From Octopus sinensis (Eukaryota), in assembly GCF_006345805.1 (NCBI RefSeq), contig NC_042997.1, positions 196,230,001 to 196,294,000 of the forward strand: a DNA stretch of 64,000 nucleotides, given 5' to 3'. The position numbers and the translations under genes were made by a program. This document shows positions 35,511 to 49,970 of the stretch, one piece after another. Within the stretch, counting starts at the first letter, position 1. Every line of letters begins with the position of its first letter. Below the pieces are notes generated by a model that did no database searches, was not told where the DNA came from, and worked only from the letters and a program-made list of their open reading frames with translations.

Positions 35511-36496
35511 TAATACGAGGCGGCATCACAAGCAAACGAATAGAAAAATGAGATCGTCTGTGTATATATCAACTAATATTTAAAGTAGTCGATAGCTTCG
35601 ACTAAATTGCTCAACACGATGCTCCAGCATGGACGCAGTCCAGTGACTAAAAAAACTATTAAAAATTACTCAAATATATTTTGCTTAAAAGCAACCGCAT
35701 TGTCTATAAGATAGCTTTATGTTTAATTATTCGGTCTCAGATTGCATCATATGTAAATATTTTTGGTTTTGGTGGTGGTCCCCGCATTATTTGCTTGTCT
35801 ACAAACGTAATTACCTTCCATATTGACACATTATTTCAATTTTAACACCAAACAATGGGACTATTCTTGACTGCTTTCTTTCAACTCTGACATAGCTTTC
35901 CAGCATCCTGCAATTCCGACGATTCTGAAACGCATTGTTACACTTTTGTAAGCTTTGTCAATAACAACGCGTAGGATATTATTTATGATTTTCTTTTCTC
36001 ATTCCAATTATACCAACATTTGAATGAGTTTGAATGCTTGTGAGACAGCTGTGAGTTGCGTTGTTGTTCATAAATGCTATTCTCACGTTACGCTGACCAC
36101 GAAATCGTTTAGTAATCTCCGACAAAACATTACAACAATATGGAATAATATGGATTTATTCTTATGAATGTCAGACACGCATTATGCATTGTGGCGTATA
36201 TATATATAAGGAGATGTACTTGCATAGCGAGTGACTTGATCTGAGATCGTGTGCTGGACCGCAAACAATTGCAGCGTGGAAGGTGTTTGTAAGCCATTTA
36301 AGAAACACACAAAAGCCGTTAGATTCACTTCAACATATAAATGCATATAAATTTAAATGTTGAAGTGAATCTAACAGTGTTTGTGTGTTTCTTAAATGGC
36401 TTATAAACACCTTCCACGCTGCAATGATATATATATATATATATATAATATATATATATATATTATGTTTCAGAAATGATTTTTTTTTACTTATAG

Positions 36497-36679
36497 ACTT
36501 CTTTATGGAAACTTATATCCATGCCGGAGGCATCATAACTCAGAATTTATGCAGACTGTAGTGGACGTTAACCCTGAATTGAACAAGTTTTGCAGACAAT
36601 TTACAGATATATTCGACCAAAAACTAAGTCAATACAAGTTTTTCGCTGATTCGATTAATCAACATAGTTATATATTCAA
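36497..36679 (+). CDS. Candidate 183-nt symmetric phase-2 exon (LLYGNLYPCRRHHNSEFMQTVVDVNPELNKFCRQFTDIFDQKLSQYKFFADSINQHSYIF)
   Basis: Acceptor ttttttttacttatag, 60 stop-free complex codons in AT-rich DNA, donor caa|gtattt. Product not recognised. Confidence 0.5.
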
Positions 36680-36862
36680 GTATTTGTTTAGTACCAACTT
36701 CTGCTTAATTTTGTATTTGTGAGTTTCTGATGCCCGGACAACCAGCTTTTTCATCAGTTGAGTATATTATAACTTCATTATTTTTGCTACACATGATATA
36801 TTAATATTTTCGTTACTTCTGGCGATTACTATATACTATAGTAATATAGATTATATACTATA

Positions 36863-37084
36863 TATTTCTTTACTACCCACAAGGGGCTAAACACAGAGAG
36901 GACAAACAAGGACAGACAAACGGATTAAGTCGATTATATCGACACCAGTGCGTAACTGGTTCTTAATTTATCGATCCCGAAAGGATGAAAGGCAAAGTCG
37001 ACCTCGGCGGAATTTGAACTCGTAACGTAACGACAGACGAAATACGGCTACGCATTTCGCCCGGCGTGCTAACGTTTCTGCCAG
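36863..37084 (-). mobile_element. SINE family C with 15-bp TSD
   Basis: TSD agattatatactata at 36848-36862 and 37083-37097. Confidence 0.92.
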
Positions 37085-37127
37085 ATTATATACTATAATA
37101 ATATACTATAGTAATATAAAAAAATAA

Positions 37128-37380
37128 TAAATTGCGCCCTTTTAAAGCGTAGCCCGGCTCACGGGCCCGGTTTCCTGGTTTCCATGACGTATGTGTTCCC
37201 TAGCTGGACGGGACGCCAGTCCATCGCAGCGTTACTCATTTTTTTCCATCTGAGTTAACTGGAGCAACGTGAAATGAAGTGTTTTGCTCAAGAACACAAC
37301 GCGTTGCCCGGTCCAGGAATCAAAACCACAATCTTACGATCATGATGCTGACACCCTAACCACTAAGCCACGCACCTCCA
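37128..37380 (-). mobile_element. SINE family B head and middle with a different tail
   Basis: Same head and middle as 25418-25735, but the tail reads aatgagtaacgctgcgatggactggcgtcccgtccagc (minus strand). Confidence 0.85.
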
Positions 37381-37962
37381 GACTATAGTAATATAGATTA
37401 CGTATACTATAGAAGAATGTGGAATAACAGAGTATGTTGATTTAAGAGTTACTCTTAAGAATGGCTAACATGCAATATTGTTTATGGCGAATATATGTTA
37501 TTCAGGAATACTTCCTTCGATTAGTAGATTGCCGTATTATCTCTTCGTTGGAGGAACCATAATGATAGTAGAACCCAGAGATGATACAGACTACAAGGGA
37601 AATTGTGTCTTGATTTATGTTTCTCTGTAGTAGACCAGTATGTTTGAATATGTACAGAGTATGTACAGAGAACCAATCCATTTTGGAAATGTCCATAGTT
37701 TCCGATCTATAATGTCAATTGCTTATAATTATGTGTGCAGTTTTATATTGTCCAATAATATTTAAACATAGAAAGATTATTCTGTTGTGTCTGGGGAGAG
37801 TCATTTTCTTTTTGTGCCTTACAATGTAACACACTCACCGGTAAAATTTCCACTTATTTCTTATTTTTATTTTCCTAAAACTTTCGTTGCGTCTGGCAAC
37901 CTTTTCAATAGTCTTGACTCTGTCCGTTATTTACACTGCGTTCCTTTTTTGACTCTCTCCAG

Positions 37963-38038
37963 ACACAACAGAATATGCTTCAACACACGAACTCATATAA
38001 AGAATCTTGCAAACCAAATCCAAAAACGAAATAGAACG
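37963..38038 (+). CDS. Candidate 76-nt exon (HNRICFNTRTHIKNLANQIQKRNRT)
   Basis: Acceptor ccttttttgactctctccag. Phase is compatible with 36497-36679. The paralogous copy at 8987-9066 differs by many synonymous changes in this frame. Confidence 0.45.
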
Positions 38039-38987
38039 GTTATGTTATCTGCATAACTAGGTCAGATGCATGACTTCAGATTGTTATTTACATAGATGTT
38101 AGGAATTGCTAATGGCAATCGTGATCTTCAAGCCATTCTGTTCACTTCACAGACGGAATGAGCTGTTTCTATATTCTGTCTCTACAATTCTATAGGATTG
38201 TCAGTTGATGCTTTTATCATTCTTTAAGTATTTAGCCATCTTCTATCTTGATTCTAACAACTGATAAAATTCCATCTGTTGTCACCGTTATGAATAGAAT
38301 TGATAGAACATCATTGAGATATTCTGGTCAGGTGCATGAAATACGCAAACCGTTTTCACAATATAATCAAATATGTGCTCATGACTTCAAAAAAATATTC
38401 TATATAAATTCTATATTAAGGAAAATGTGATTAAAATATTATAATAGTCTGCTTTCTACCTCAGTACAGCCACACTTTTCTACTATATTATTCATTCAAA
38501 AATCGCCAGCAGTTACAAAAATATTGATATCAAAGAATATTAGTGTTATAATGTACTCGACCTATAAAAAGACTATCCGTGCATGAGAAACTCTCCAACA
38601 TTTACAGAACATGTTAGAAGTTGGTATTAAACGAATACTTGAATATATCCACCTATGTTGACTAAGCGAATCAGTGACATACTTGTATTAACGTATCTTT
38701 TGAACTAACACATTTCTAAATTATCTGTAAAACGAAGGTATCTTTTGAACCGACATATTTCTAAAGACATATGTGGAGTTAACTCATCTGTAAAACTAAG
38801 ATCTTTCTAAAGCTAACGTCTCGGTAAACTAACGTAAAACTAACTTCGTCTTTGTAGAAATAAAATATTTGTACAGCTAAGCCAAACATATCTTTACAAC
38901 TAAAGTGTCGATGAAAGCAGTATCTTCTAGATTAATATTATTATTATTATTATTACATTTATTTTTATTTTATTGTTTGTTCTGTAG

Positions 38988-39017
38988 GTGATACACGTCA
39001 TTTCGATAGCCATATTG
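38988..39017 (+). CDS. Candidate 30-nt phase-1 micro-exon (GDTRHFDSHI)
   Basis: Strong acceptor ttttattgtttgttctgtag, donor ttg|gtacgc. Confidence 0.33.
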
Positions 39018-39428
39018 GTACGCCTCTTTCACAGTTGAATGTTCACTGACCATTGTATCATCTGTTTATATATCCAAGGCACAAATATTTTTATCCCATA
39101 CACGTAACGTCTCAGTTTTGATTAATGAATTTGAGCACGTGCCTCTGCTTCGTTCGCGGTATTTCCCAGGTAACGGATGAGGTTTGCTCCAGAGACACGC
39201 TTATGGATACTTTACAAAACTTAATCCATTTTTGTGATTCTTTCGTGAGAGTTATCGTCCAATCGCTAAAATGTAAGCACCAAGCTAGTTCTATGTGTGC
39301 GTTTGTGTGATTTTAAGGAAGATAGTATTGGGATCTGAGAGAACCTCCATGCCTATAGTTATTTTTTCTCTCTCTGTTATGTGCCAATGTGTGTAGATAA
39401 TTTATCGAAAATAATTCAGAAATATATT

Positions 39429-39660
39429 TATTTCTTTATTGCCCACAGAGGGCTAAACATAGAGGCAACAAACAAGGACAGACAAAGGGATTAAGTTGAT
39501 TACATCGACCCCGGTGCGTAACTGGTACTTATTTAATCGACCCCGAAAGGATGAAAGGCAAGGTCGACCTCGTTGGAATTTGAACTCAGAACGTAACGGC
39601 AGACAAAATGACACTACGTAGTTCGCCCGGCGTGCTAACGATTCTGCCAGCTCGCCGCCC
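39429..39660 (-). mobile_element. SINE family C with 17-bp TSD
   Basis: TSD taattcagaaatatatt at 39412-39428 and 39661-39677. Confidence 0.92.
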
Positions 39661-42180
39661 TAATTCAGAAATATATTGTCGCAGGCATATGGTTCGTTCT
39701 CACTGGTATTGCAGAGAGGACATACATAACGCCAATGTGTTCCTGCTAGTGTATCTGTCTTCGCTTACTGTTGTTCTATAATGTATTTTGATATCTTAAT
39801 AGATCCTGTAGTAGAGCCTCAGTAGAATAAAGATGTGAGTTGTAGTGCAACAAACACAGAGTATATCTCTAGAGAATTTATTATCACTTCAATAGCTGTA
39901 GGAATAATACGTAGGATTATTCATTGAGTGAATACATAGATATAGCTACTATATCTGTTGAACTAACGTAATTATTAGATTAGCATACATGTAGAGATAA
40001 CATATTTTTAAAACTAATACTTCTATATCTGTAGAGCTTAATCACCTAATCATCTATGGAATTTAGAGCAAATTTCCCGCTGTTTTTATTAACAAAAGTT
40101 CTCTTAAGATCTGTACGTTAAAACTGACCCAAATTTTACATAAAAATGTCCAAAACAAACCGTTCTACTGAGTGCAAATGTAAGCAAATCCGTGTTACTT
40201 CGACACTCAGACCATTAGGCTCTGACGAAACACATTTATTGAGAAAGCGAAAATGGGGAAATTGTAACATTCATGCCTTTCTTCCAAGAGCATTGAAGTA
40301 TATAAAGTAACAGCTGACAGGAAATCGAAACTAGGCGATGAGGTGTATTCTTTTATTCTGCACTTTCTTGCCATGATTTGTATAACAAATGCCAATATTC
40401 TTATTCTCTATTTTATTAGTTGGCAGCTGGTAACATATAATTTATATTCAAATACCAATTTTATTAAGCTTTCAAGCTAAACCTAAAGATCAACACATAC
40501 AATGCTGATTCACCCCACCTTTTTGGTTCTGTTTGCTTCTTGTTCATTATTGGGATGGGGGAGGTTCCTTTCTCTTCTATTGACACTGTTTTTACTCACC
40601 TTGACAGCTGACAGCTAATTTTCGAATAACTAGCAACGTGTAAGGAAGAATATAATGCCTTTACCAATTACTTTTTATTTCTATTTCCTACGCAAGCCAA
40701 ATAATCTGTGCGCCAGTGTGAACTGTCCTTTTATTAGGGAGAAATATTTTTATATGCTTTTATTATCAGACAGTATATTAACTTACGATTTATATTAGAA
40801 ACATTAATGCCAAATTAGTTCAAGATCATAGCATAGTAACATAGAATTGAAACTGTGTTTCTGCTTATGTGGAGTAAGTGGGGCCGTGAGGGATTTAAGG
40901 AGGCAAAAGGTAAGTATATATATGAACAATGTTATGTGTGGTTAGGTGAGTATGAATGAAAATAGCGGAAAGTAAGGCAGCGTGAGGATGTCTTCAGGTG
41001 TAAGAGAAAAAGAAAAGATTGATAGAAAGAATGTGCGTGCGTGTGTACATATATGTGTGTGTGTGTGTGTGAGAGAGAGAGAGTGTGTGTAAATATGTGG
41101 GTGTGTGTGTGTGTGTGTAAATATGTGGGTGTTTCTATGTGTGAATTTTATTTTTGAGAAGATTATTATCAATGTCTATAAAAGTGTGAATGCGAGAAAA
41201 TAAAGAGGGCGGGTGGAGAAGAAAGATCCACGTAAAAATAATATAAAGTTTGGCGAGTGTTTGAAACAAAAAGAGAGATTATGTGAAAACTAAGGGAGTG
41301 AGAAATAGATGGAAAGAAAATAAGACAAAATAAGCAAAAAAAAAAACAGAAATAAAATCATAAAGATGAACAGATAATGGACGGGTTAAATCATTAAAGT
41401 TTTCATCTATGATTTAATGTGATACGAATGTTTATAGTCGGTTAGTTAAGATTCCCTCCTTATAAACGCTTCTATATAATCTCAGTATCTCATTTAATAA
41501 TGCCTAGAAATTATATGGATTGAATTATAAAGATTTGTCTCACATCATCCACCGGCCTAATGCGGGGGCACTAAACATTGCAACTCACATGCACTCGTAT
41601 ACAGATGTTGGTATATTCTGAACTCTCAAATATATGTGTGATTGTGTATATTTGTGTGTGTATGTGTGTCTGTCTTTGTGCGTGCCACTTTGTGCGTATT
41701 AGCGTTTAAGCAAAGCGGATTATTTCGTTTCTTCCACAAAATAAGCTTTCATGCCATCGACGTTTAGTCAAAAAGCACTCATCACTTACATCAACCAATC
41801 TAAAAGTGTTAAGCACCTTTTAAAATGGCCATGTTAGTCAAGTGATTGATCAGGTGACTGGTCTCGTGTTTGTTAGAGCTTTTGATGACGTCCGTTCATA
41901 AACTGATGTCTGAAGGTAGTTTTGCTGCAGAGTTAGCCAAGTGTGTGTGTGTGTGGGGGGGGGGTAGTGTTGTTAATGGCGTCCGCACGTTTTGATCCCT
42001 GTTAACAATCCGCTCTATCAAACTGATATATTCAAACTGATCCATTTTGGTGTTAATCACGGGGGCTAACGTTATCATCGATAACGTCCATTCTTTTTTT
42101 TTTTTTTGACTAGTATCAGTAAGCAGACTAAATTGCAGGATGCATTTGAGTAAACCTCGTGGTTAATGGTGCTGGTGATA

Positions 42181-42774
42181 CGGCGAGCTGAAACGTTAGC
42201 ACGCCAGACGAAATGCTTAGCGGTATTTCGTCTGCCGTTACGTTCTGAGTTCAAATTCCGACGAGGGCTACTTTGCCTTTCCTCCTTTCGGGGTCGATAA
42301 ATTAAGGACCAGTTACGCACTGGGGTCGATATAATCGACTTAATCCGTTTGTCTGTTCTTGTTTGTCCTCTCTGTGTTTAGCTCCTTGTGGGTAGTAAAG
42401 AAATAGGTATTTCGTCTGCCGCTACGTTCTGAGTTCAAATTCCGCCGAGGGCACTTTGCCTTTCATCCTTTCAGGGTCCATTAAATAAGTACCAGTTACG
42501 CACTGGGGTCGATATAATCGACTTAATCCGTTTTTCTGTCCTTGTTTGTCCTCTCTGTGTTTATCCCCTTGTGGGTAGTAAAGAAATAGGTATTTCGTCT
42601 GCCGCTACGTTCTGAGTTCAAATTCCGCCGAGGTCGACTTTGCTTTTCATCCTTTCGGGGGTCGATTAAATAATTACTAGTTACGCACTGGGGTCCATAT
42701 AATCGATTTAATCTGTTTGTCTGTCCTTGTTTGTCCTCTCTGTGTTTAGCCCCTTGTGGGCAGTAAAGAAATAG
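42181..42774 (+). mobile_element. SINE family C trimer with 14-bp TSD
   Basis: Three tandem units. TSD tggtgctggtgata at 42167-42180 and 42775-42788. Confidence 0.92.
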
Positions 42775-43058
42775 TGGTGCTGGTGATAACGTCCAATCCT
42801 TTTGATGCGTTAGATCTTGTTATTCATTGTTCATCAGTAATCCGATGGTCAGTGGGATTTCAACTTGATTAACAAGACTTTTGGTATGTCCCGGCAACTT
42901 GTAAGAAATGTGGTAAATGATGTGGACTTCCCTGTGTGTGTTTCCGTTGATAATTTGATTTTCTTGAGATACTGACTGGTTTTTAGCGCCTAGCTGGAGT
43001 TACCAACGGTTGAGTTGAGAGCCGTTTCATTGAAGGGTAAAAACCATATTTTTAAAAT

Positions 43059-43602
<544 letters not shown>

Positions 43603-44380
43603 TATATTGTTGGGTACTTGTCTGATGTTAATAGAAGGGTTCCAATTTGCAGGAATGCGTAATGGAATGACATATAATGTGGGTGGTTAACAAACAGACA
43701 CAACAGTTAAGTCTCAAAGTAGAAGCGATCAAGTGTTATGAAAGCTGACAATATAAAGATGATTCAAGTTGAAATAATAAGTAAAAGTAATTAAACCAAG
43801 TTAAATAACAAAAAGTAAGATAAACATCAATTGAAATGTTATGAAGATGAAGAAGAAAGAAGAAAAAGATATGTTCGCACAGTTATATAAATCATAAAAC
43901 AATAACTCTTAGAAATATACTAAGATACGAAAGTAATTGGAATCTGTGTCTTTCGATTTCAATGAAAACAGTTGGCGAAAGGTTGTGTTAATTAAAAAGC
44001 ATGATTGACATTTAGACCTTCAAATAATTAGTGCAAAACGTCTAACAAGTTTAGGCTAGTGATATTTCATTGAACTTAAGGTAATGAGCAGACTCAATTG
44101 TTACTGCGCCGAACAAAATGATTTGAGGCATTTTTTTTTTTTACTGACTTTACATTCTGACTGCAGATACTGTCTGGATTGACTTAGCTTTCCATCATTA
44201 CGGGGTAGATAAAATAAGTACTGGGGTAGATGAAATTGATTTGCATCTTCTCAGAAATTGCTAGCTTTGAGGCGAAATTTGAAACTGAAATTTCATTAAG
44301 CCTGTTTGATACGGTTACAAAATGATATGCGTTTAAAACGGACATATTCGAGATAATGTAAATTATGAAAAAAAATTAAG

Positions 44381-44760
<380 letters not shown>

Positions 44761-44951
44761 CACTGTTAAGTGTTAAATATTTTTTAAAAAGTAAATAAAA
44801 TACATGCAGCAACGTGAAAGAGTAGGACTGAAACAAATTGAAATATTAGAAAGATCAGAAATTATGAAAATGTGAACACATTCCTTTTATGCTTTCCACC
44901 TACATGGGGAAATGGAAAAAACTGCCGAAGGTCCGTTTTCTGATTGCTTTA

Positions 44952-45838
44952 TATGAGGGTAATCCAAAAAGTAAGGTCTCTAAAAATATTTAGAAATCTC
45001 AGAAACGTTTATTGTCAATGATGTTTACATTATTTTAAAGTTTGAACATTTATCTATTTTTTTTTTACATATCGCCATTTCGCTCGATGTAGTTTTTTAG
45101 ACGCTGGGGCAGTTTTCGTATGCCCTTGTCATACTAGCTCACCGCCATGTCGTTAAGGAGGCGTTGAACCTCATCTTTCACCTGGTCGTCGTTGCCGAAG
45201 CGCATTCTGGCGAAATGTTCTTCCAAATTAGGGAACGGGTGGTAGTCACTGGGTGCCAAGTCCGGACTATTAGGTGGGTTGCCGTTTATAGTCTTCTGTG
45301 AGCATTCATGGGACCCATCTTGTGCACACCTTCCGATATTGTAACTTTTCACTCAAAACTCTATGAATGGTGCTTCCGGAAACCTTAGGAACCAAAATGC
45401 GAAGGTCATCCAATCTGATCCGCCGATTTTCACGCAGGATTTGCTCAACCTTCGTGACTGTCTCGTCGGAAATTGATGGTCGCTCGCTTCTTCGTCATGA
45501 ATTTCAGTACGCCCGCCTGCAAACTCCCTACACCACTTGCGGACGTTTTTCACATCGATGTTTTTCACTCGCCATACACTTCTGTTAAATGGCGAGGAAT
45601 TTCAATGAGTTTAATACATTTTGCATTCAAAAACCGAATAACTGCGCGAACTTCACACTTGCCGGTAGCGTCAATCAGGAGCTCCAACAGATACGACCGC
45701 CAAACCAAGACTGAGCATGGCAGACTGGGCAGTTACAGGCGCATCCACAACAAACACAACTGTGTTGCCAACAGCCGCACGCACAGTTTCCCTGCTTCCC
45801 AAGCGTTTGGAGATTTTACTTTTGAGATTAGTCTCGTA
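44952..45838 (-). mobile_element. Internally deleted mariner transposon with both terminal inverted repeats (TIRs)
   Basis: TIRs tatgagggtaatccaaaaagtaaggtctc (44952-44980) and gagattttacttttgagattagtctcgta (45810-45838). Frames encode VRKWCREF...EIHDEE and PPNSPDLAPSDYH. Confidence 0.9.
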
Positions 45839-46174
45839 CTATGGAAGAATAGTCTATGTTATTAATCAGAAAAAGAATGCGCGTACATTTTACCTGAAGA
45901 GTCGTCAACAAACTGCGAAACGGTCTGTCAACGGATTCTCCCTTTCCTTTTCATATATTGAAAGCGTAGAATGTGTTTACATTTTTATGATTTTCTATCA
46001 GGGCTGAATTCAGATAGGCTAGCTGAGTAGTTTTAACTACAATACAAAAAAAATTACATTAAAACCAACCTAAAATTCGGATATCATTAAAATGTATCCT
46101 ATAGGTATTACGTTAGGAACTCTGTGCATAATATACATTTGGTCTTCCTTGCAATATATCAAATTAGACTCATG

Positions 46175-46744
46175 TATTGGGTTGTTCGGAAAGTTCTTGC
46201 CGATTTTTAAAGGAAAGATAAAGGTCAATAAATACTTGCCATTACATTTTTAATCAACCAAATATGAACCATTTTGTTGCACAATGCGTCTCCATCTTTC
46301 CTTTAACTTGAAAATACCCCCTTCCCAGAATTGAGGTGGTTTCATAGCAAAGAATTCATCAAGGTATCTTTTTACGTCATCCAAGGAACTGAAATTTTTA
46401 CCATTAAGACTATTCTGCAGAGACCTGAATAAGTGGAAATCCGAAGGAGCAATATCTGGTGAATATGGAGAGTGGGGTAATACATCCCAGCCGAGCTGCA
46501 GCAATTTTTGTCTGGTTCCCAAAGCATGAAGGGCCGAAAATGAACTTTCTTATCTTCCATTTTAAAGGGTTATAGAATTAACACAGGTTATAGGAACATA
46601 AACCTTCTCCCACCAAAAGATAGCTTAAACTGTGCTCTAAATGGAGATGTAGTCAAATCCTATTTTATGGACTGAACCATGTTCTAAAATAAGTCGAAAT
46701 GTAAGCTACTATAAATCGGCACGAACTTTCCGGACAAGCCAATA
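46175..46744 (-). mobile_element. Second internally deleted mariner with TIRs
   Basis: TIRs tattgggttgttcggaaagttcttgccgattt and aaatcggcacgaactttccggacaagccaata. ORF encodes WDVLPHSPYSPDIAPSDFHLFRSL...ERWRRIVQQNGSY. Confidence 0.93.
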
Positions 46745-47335
46745 ATTTCTATTGTTGCATAAGAAATGTTACTTTCAATAGCAGGCTTGATTTGCTAAAT
46801 TCATTATTATATCAGGTAGGTTGGAAACAATTGCATTCAGTTAACATGAATCTGCTTGATGTTATGGTAATATATTTTATTTAAATTTGAGATTGCTTCT
46901 TTTTTAAGAACAAACAGATTGGAACCAAAATCGTCAAGGATACATTCCGTCATAGAAGGTGCTAATTGCTTCTCCAGAATATAGATAATTGAAATTAATA
47001 CATAAAGGGGGATGCATATTTTCTTGCGATTATATTATATAACATTACATGTGTTACATACATTTATACATGCATACATACATTTACTATTACGCGTTAA
47101 GAAATAAAAACACGTACTAAATTCTATTGATAAATCATTGTTTATTTAATCAACACACGATGCATGCATTTGTATAGGGATTAATTGAATATATTTACTT
47201 CGGAAAAGAAAACTTGCACACCCAACCCCCCACTCCACCCCCGCCACCGCCCCTCCCCCACAAATATGTTTCTGTGTATGCATATATCCTGTTTGCATCA
47301 CCAAATGTGTGTGTGTCTGTCTGTCTGTATCTGTG

Positions 47336-47724
47336 TGTAGGAGTGGCTGTGTGGTAAGTAGCTTGCTTACCAGCCACATGGTTCCGGGTTCACTCCCACT
47401 GCATGGCACCTTGAGCAAGTATCTTCTACTATAGCCTCAGACCGACCTAAGCCTTGTGAGTGGATTTGGTAGACAGAAACTGAAAGAAGCCCGTCGTATA
47501 TATGTATATATATATATATATATATGTGTGTATGTGTGTTTTTTTTGTGTCTGTGTTTGTCTTCCCAGCATTGTTTGTTTACATCCTGGTGTGTTTACAT
47601 CCCGTTAACTTAGCGGTTCGGCTAAAGAAACTGATAGAATAAGTACTAGGCTTCCAAAGAATAAGTCCTGGGTACGATTTACTCGACTAAAGGCGCAGTC
47701 AAATGACTGAAACAAGTAAAAGAG
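47336..47724 (+). mobile_element. SINE family A
   Basis: Full head-to-tail match. Confidence 0.9.
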
Positions 47725-47734
47725 TAATAGAGAA

Positions 47735-48840
47735 AGGGCCGGTTTCTAGACTAGATCCAAAGCTGGCTCTTCCATTGAAATCTTAACATCAACAACAGGG
47801 TATTTTTTTATGCATGTATGTATGCCTATGTGCAGATCTGTATGTTTGGTTTTATGTATGTATTCGCATGCATATCGTTTCATATATAGACATGCTCATA
47901 TATATTCAAATGATAAACGTCTGGAAAGTTTTACAAATTTTTACAGTTTCAGTGATGGAATGGATCTATAGTCTGTGAATAAACTTTCTCCTTTCTGGTT
48001 TTGAAGAGCCTAATTTCTCAAGATCGAAACTAGCCATTATGTTACCTTTCCCAGTGCCCCAATAATTACAGGAATAAACCTGAACTTATACTCTGAATAG
48101 TTCAATACAGGTGTTCTCTTTTTCACTGATCTTCAACTTCATGTTAACCCCCGCTGGGCAGCTAATTTCTACAACTGAGCACTGTTTCTCTTCTCTATCC
48201 CAAATCATTATATCAGATCTGTTGTGTTTATATTTTATTGGGGTTTTCACTGGAACATTCCCCCAATACTCCTTTTTATAATGAGTGGCTATGGCTTCTA
48301 CCATACTGTGAGTTCTTATTTCTTTGTCCTCGGGGTTATCCTTCACGTATGTCATTATAGAGTCTCTTAGCTACAACATCATGTCTCATTAGTAGATATA
48401 CCGTGATGACTTTTTCGGACAACTGCTTATGATGTGGGTGATACCTTCACTGTTAACAAGGTCTGCATAGGTTATCACATTTTACTGCCTTTCCTGCATA
48501 TCTGTCCCTTTTGTGCATCAAGTATTTGGTTGATATTTCCTGTTCCTGGATTTCAAACACGTACCTTTCAAAATGGCAAGTAATAATCCTGTTATTGGTC
48601 CATGATAGACTGCTTTGGTGATCCATGTTATTATCACCTCGGAGATCTCTACTAACATACGTATGCATGGTCTTCTGCTCATATATGCTCATCGGATGAT
48701 TCGTTGCGGTGGAGTCGTGCGAATTCTTTGCGCATGCATTTAAAGTTATCAGACAATAAATATTGCTCAAATATCTGCCTCCCAAGTCTTATAATGTTAT
48801 CAGCCTCATGTATGCAACTTTGGTCAAGGGATGCCTGTTT
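47735..48840 (-). mobile_element. R4/Dong-type (RLE) LINE 3' fragment
   Basis: CCHC-like CRPC...THIISSCPK followed by RHDVVAK, then KHNRSDIMIWDREEKQCSVVEISCP. Same family as 16170-17050. Confidence 0.87.
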
Positions 48841-48923
48841 GTATATATGTAGGTATACATGCAGCTATGTATGTATATATGTATGTATGCATACATGTAT
48901 TTGCAGGTTGTCTCAAAACTGAC

Positions 48924-49495
48924 ATACCTGGTCTGGTCAATAAGTATCCGGACTGTTGCTATAGTATCGGAGGTAAAGCATGCAAAGGGAAGGTGCTTGG
49001 CACAGTTTGGCCTTGAGCTCTGCTGTGCATGTGTACTAGGGTTTAGCATTCTACTTTACTTACGCAGTTTAGAGCAGTGCTTGGAAGGAAGGTGTGTAGC
49101 GTGTGATCATCACATTTACGATGACAGAGAAAGTTCAGCAGAGAATGTGCATCAAATTTTACCAAAAGCTTGGCGATAACTGCTCAGAGGTCTACGCAAA
49201 GTTTTCAAAACGTTTTCATCATTCTCGACACGTTCAAAGGGATCATGTGCAAATGAAACCCGAGTGTCCCTTTGATCAGCTGAAAGCTGTTTTGACACAA
49301 GCTTGGTAGAGACGCGTCTCATACCAAAATCTGCAGTGATAATGGACTGAACTGAACCGTAACTAATCTGCACATCCTCTGATAACTCACGGATGGTGAT
49401 TAGACGATTTCTCCCCACTGCTGCACGTACATCGCTGACGTTTTCTCAGTTCTGTTGGTTGCGGGTCTCCCGGAACGTTCATTAATATTGACTAT
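48924..49495. mobile_element. Mariner remnant with an internal inversion
   Basis: TIR-like tacctggtctggtcaataagtatccggact. MTEKVQQRMCIKFYQKLG is on the plus strand. The following part ERSGRP...ITIRELSEDVQISYGSVQSII...ENDENVLK is on the minus strand. Confidence 0.8.
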
Positions 49496-49500
49496 ATATG

Positions 49501-49558
<58 letters not shown>

Positions 49559-49574
49559 AAAGTAAAAAAATATA

Positions 49575-49698
49575 TAAACTGGGACAAGAACGTGAAACAT
49601 TTAGAAGACGACACAAAAAACACGGACGGGACATTCGAATCCCTCAATCATCAGTCAAGAACCGGATCATCTTCGCAATTTCGGCTGATTAATCTTGA

Positions 49699-49700
<2 letters not shown>
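49575..49700. mobile_element. Unclassified repeat fragment, possibly Penelope-like; inverted copy at ~50950-51030, related pieces at ~34050-34085 and ~52822-52890
   Basis: ctgggacaagaacg...aaacatttagaagacg...cacggacgggacattcgaa recurs in reverse complement. Confidence 0.55.
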
Positions 49701-49733
<33 letters not shown>

Positions 49734-49736
49734 TAT

Positions 49737-49773
<37 letters not shown>

Positions 49774-49774
49774 G

Positions 49775-49970
49775 CAAATACAAAGAGAAAACACAACAAC
49801 ACGAGGATGTGGAACAAATATAGTATTATTGGACGCTCAGGAAGGAAGGGAAGAAGGGGAGTTTTACGTTTCGAGCGGAGCTCTTCGTCAGAAACATAGG
49901 AAAAGGAAAAATCCAGAGAAGGGAAGACGGAGGAAAAAAAATCGCCTACGGTACACACGTGGTCACATTT
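49775..49970 (-). mobile_element. Penelope-like terminal repeat with minimal hammerhead motif
   Basis: Minus strand gtttCTGACGAagagctccgctcGAAACGTAaaac at 49861-49895. Confidence 0.72.

Noticed and set aside
38690-38930. Short degenerate tandem repeats (gtatcttttgaac...acatatttctaaa, period about 46)
   Set aside because: Only two clear units. Unremarkable local duplication.
40600-40629. Minus-strand 30-nt exon candidate (good acceptor, donor aag|gtgagt); another minus donor at about 32710
   Set aside because: Isolated, with no phase-compatible partners found. Single splice-like pairs are expected by chance in 64 kb.
42181-42774. Regularly spaced ~190-bp direct repeats that could suggest a CRISPR-like or satellite array
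   Set aside because: The units are whole SINE-C bodies without unique spacers and are bounded by a retrotransposition TSD.
46250-46522. Possible SETMAR-like host gene
   Set aside because: The ORF lies between mariner TIRs in an internally deleted element and has no SET domain.
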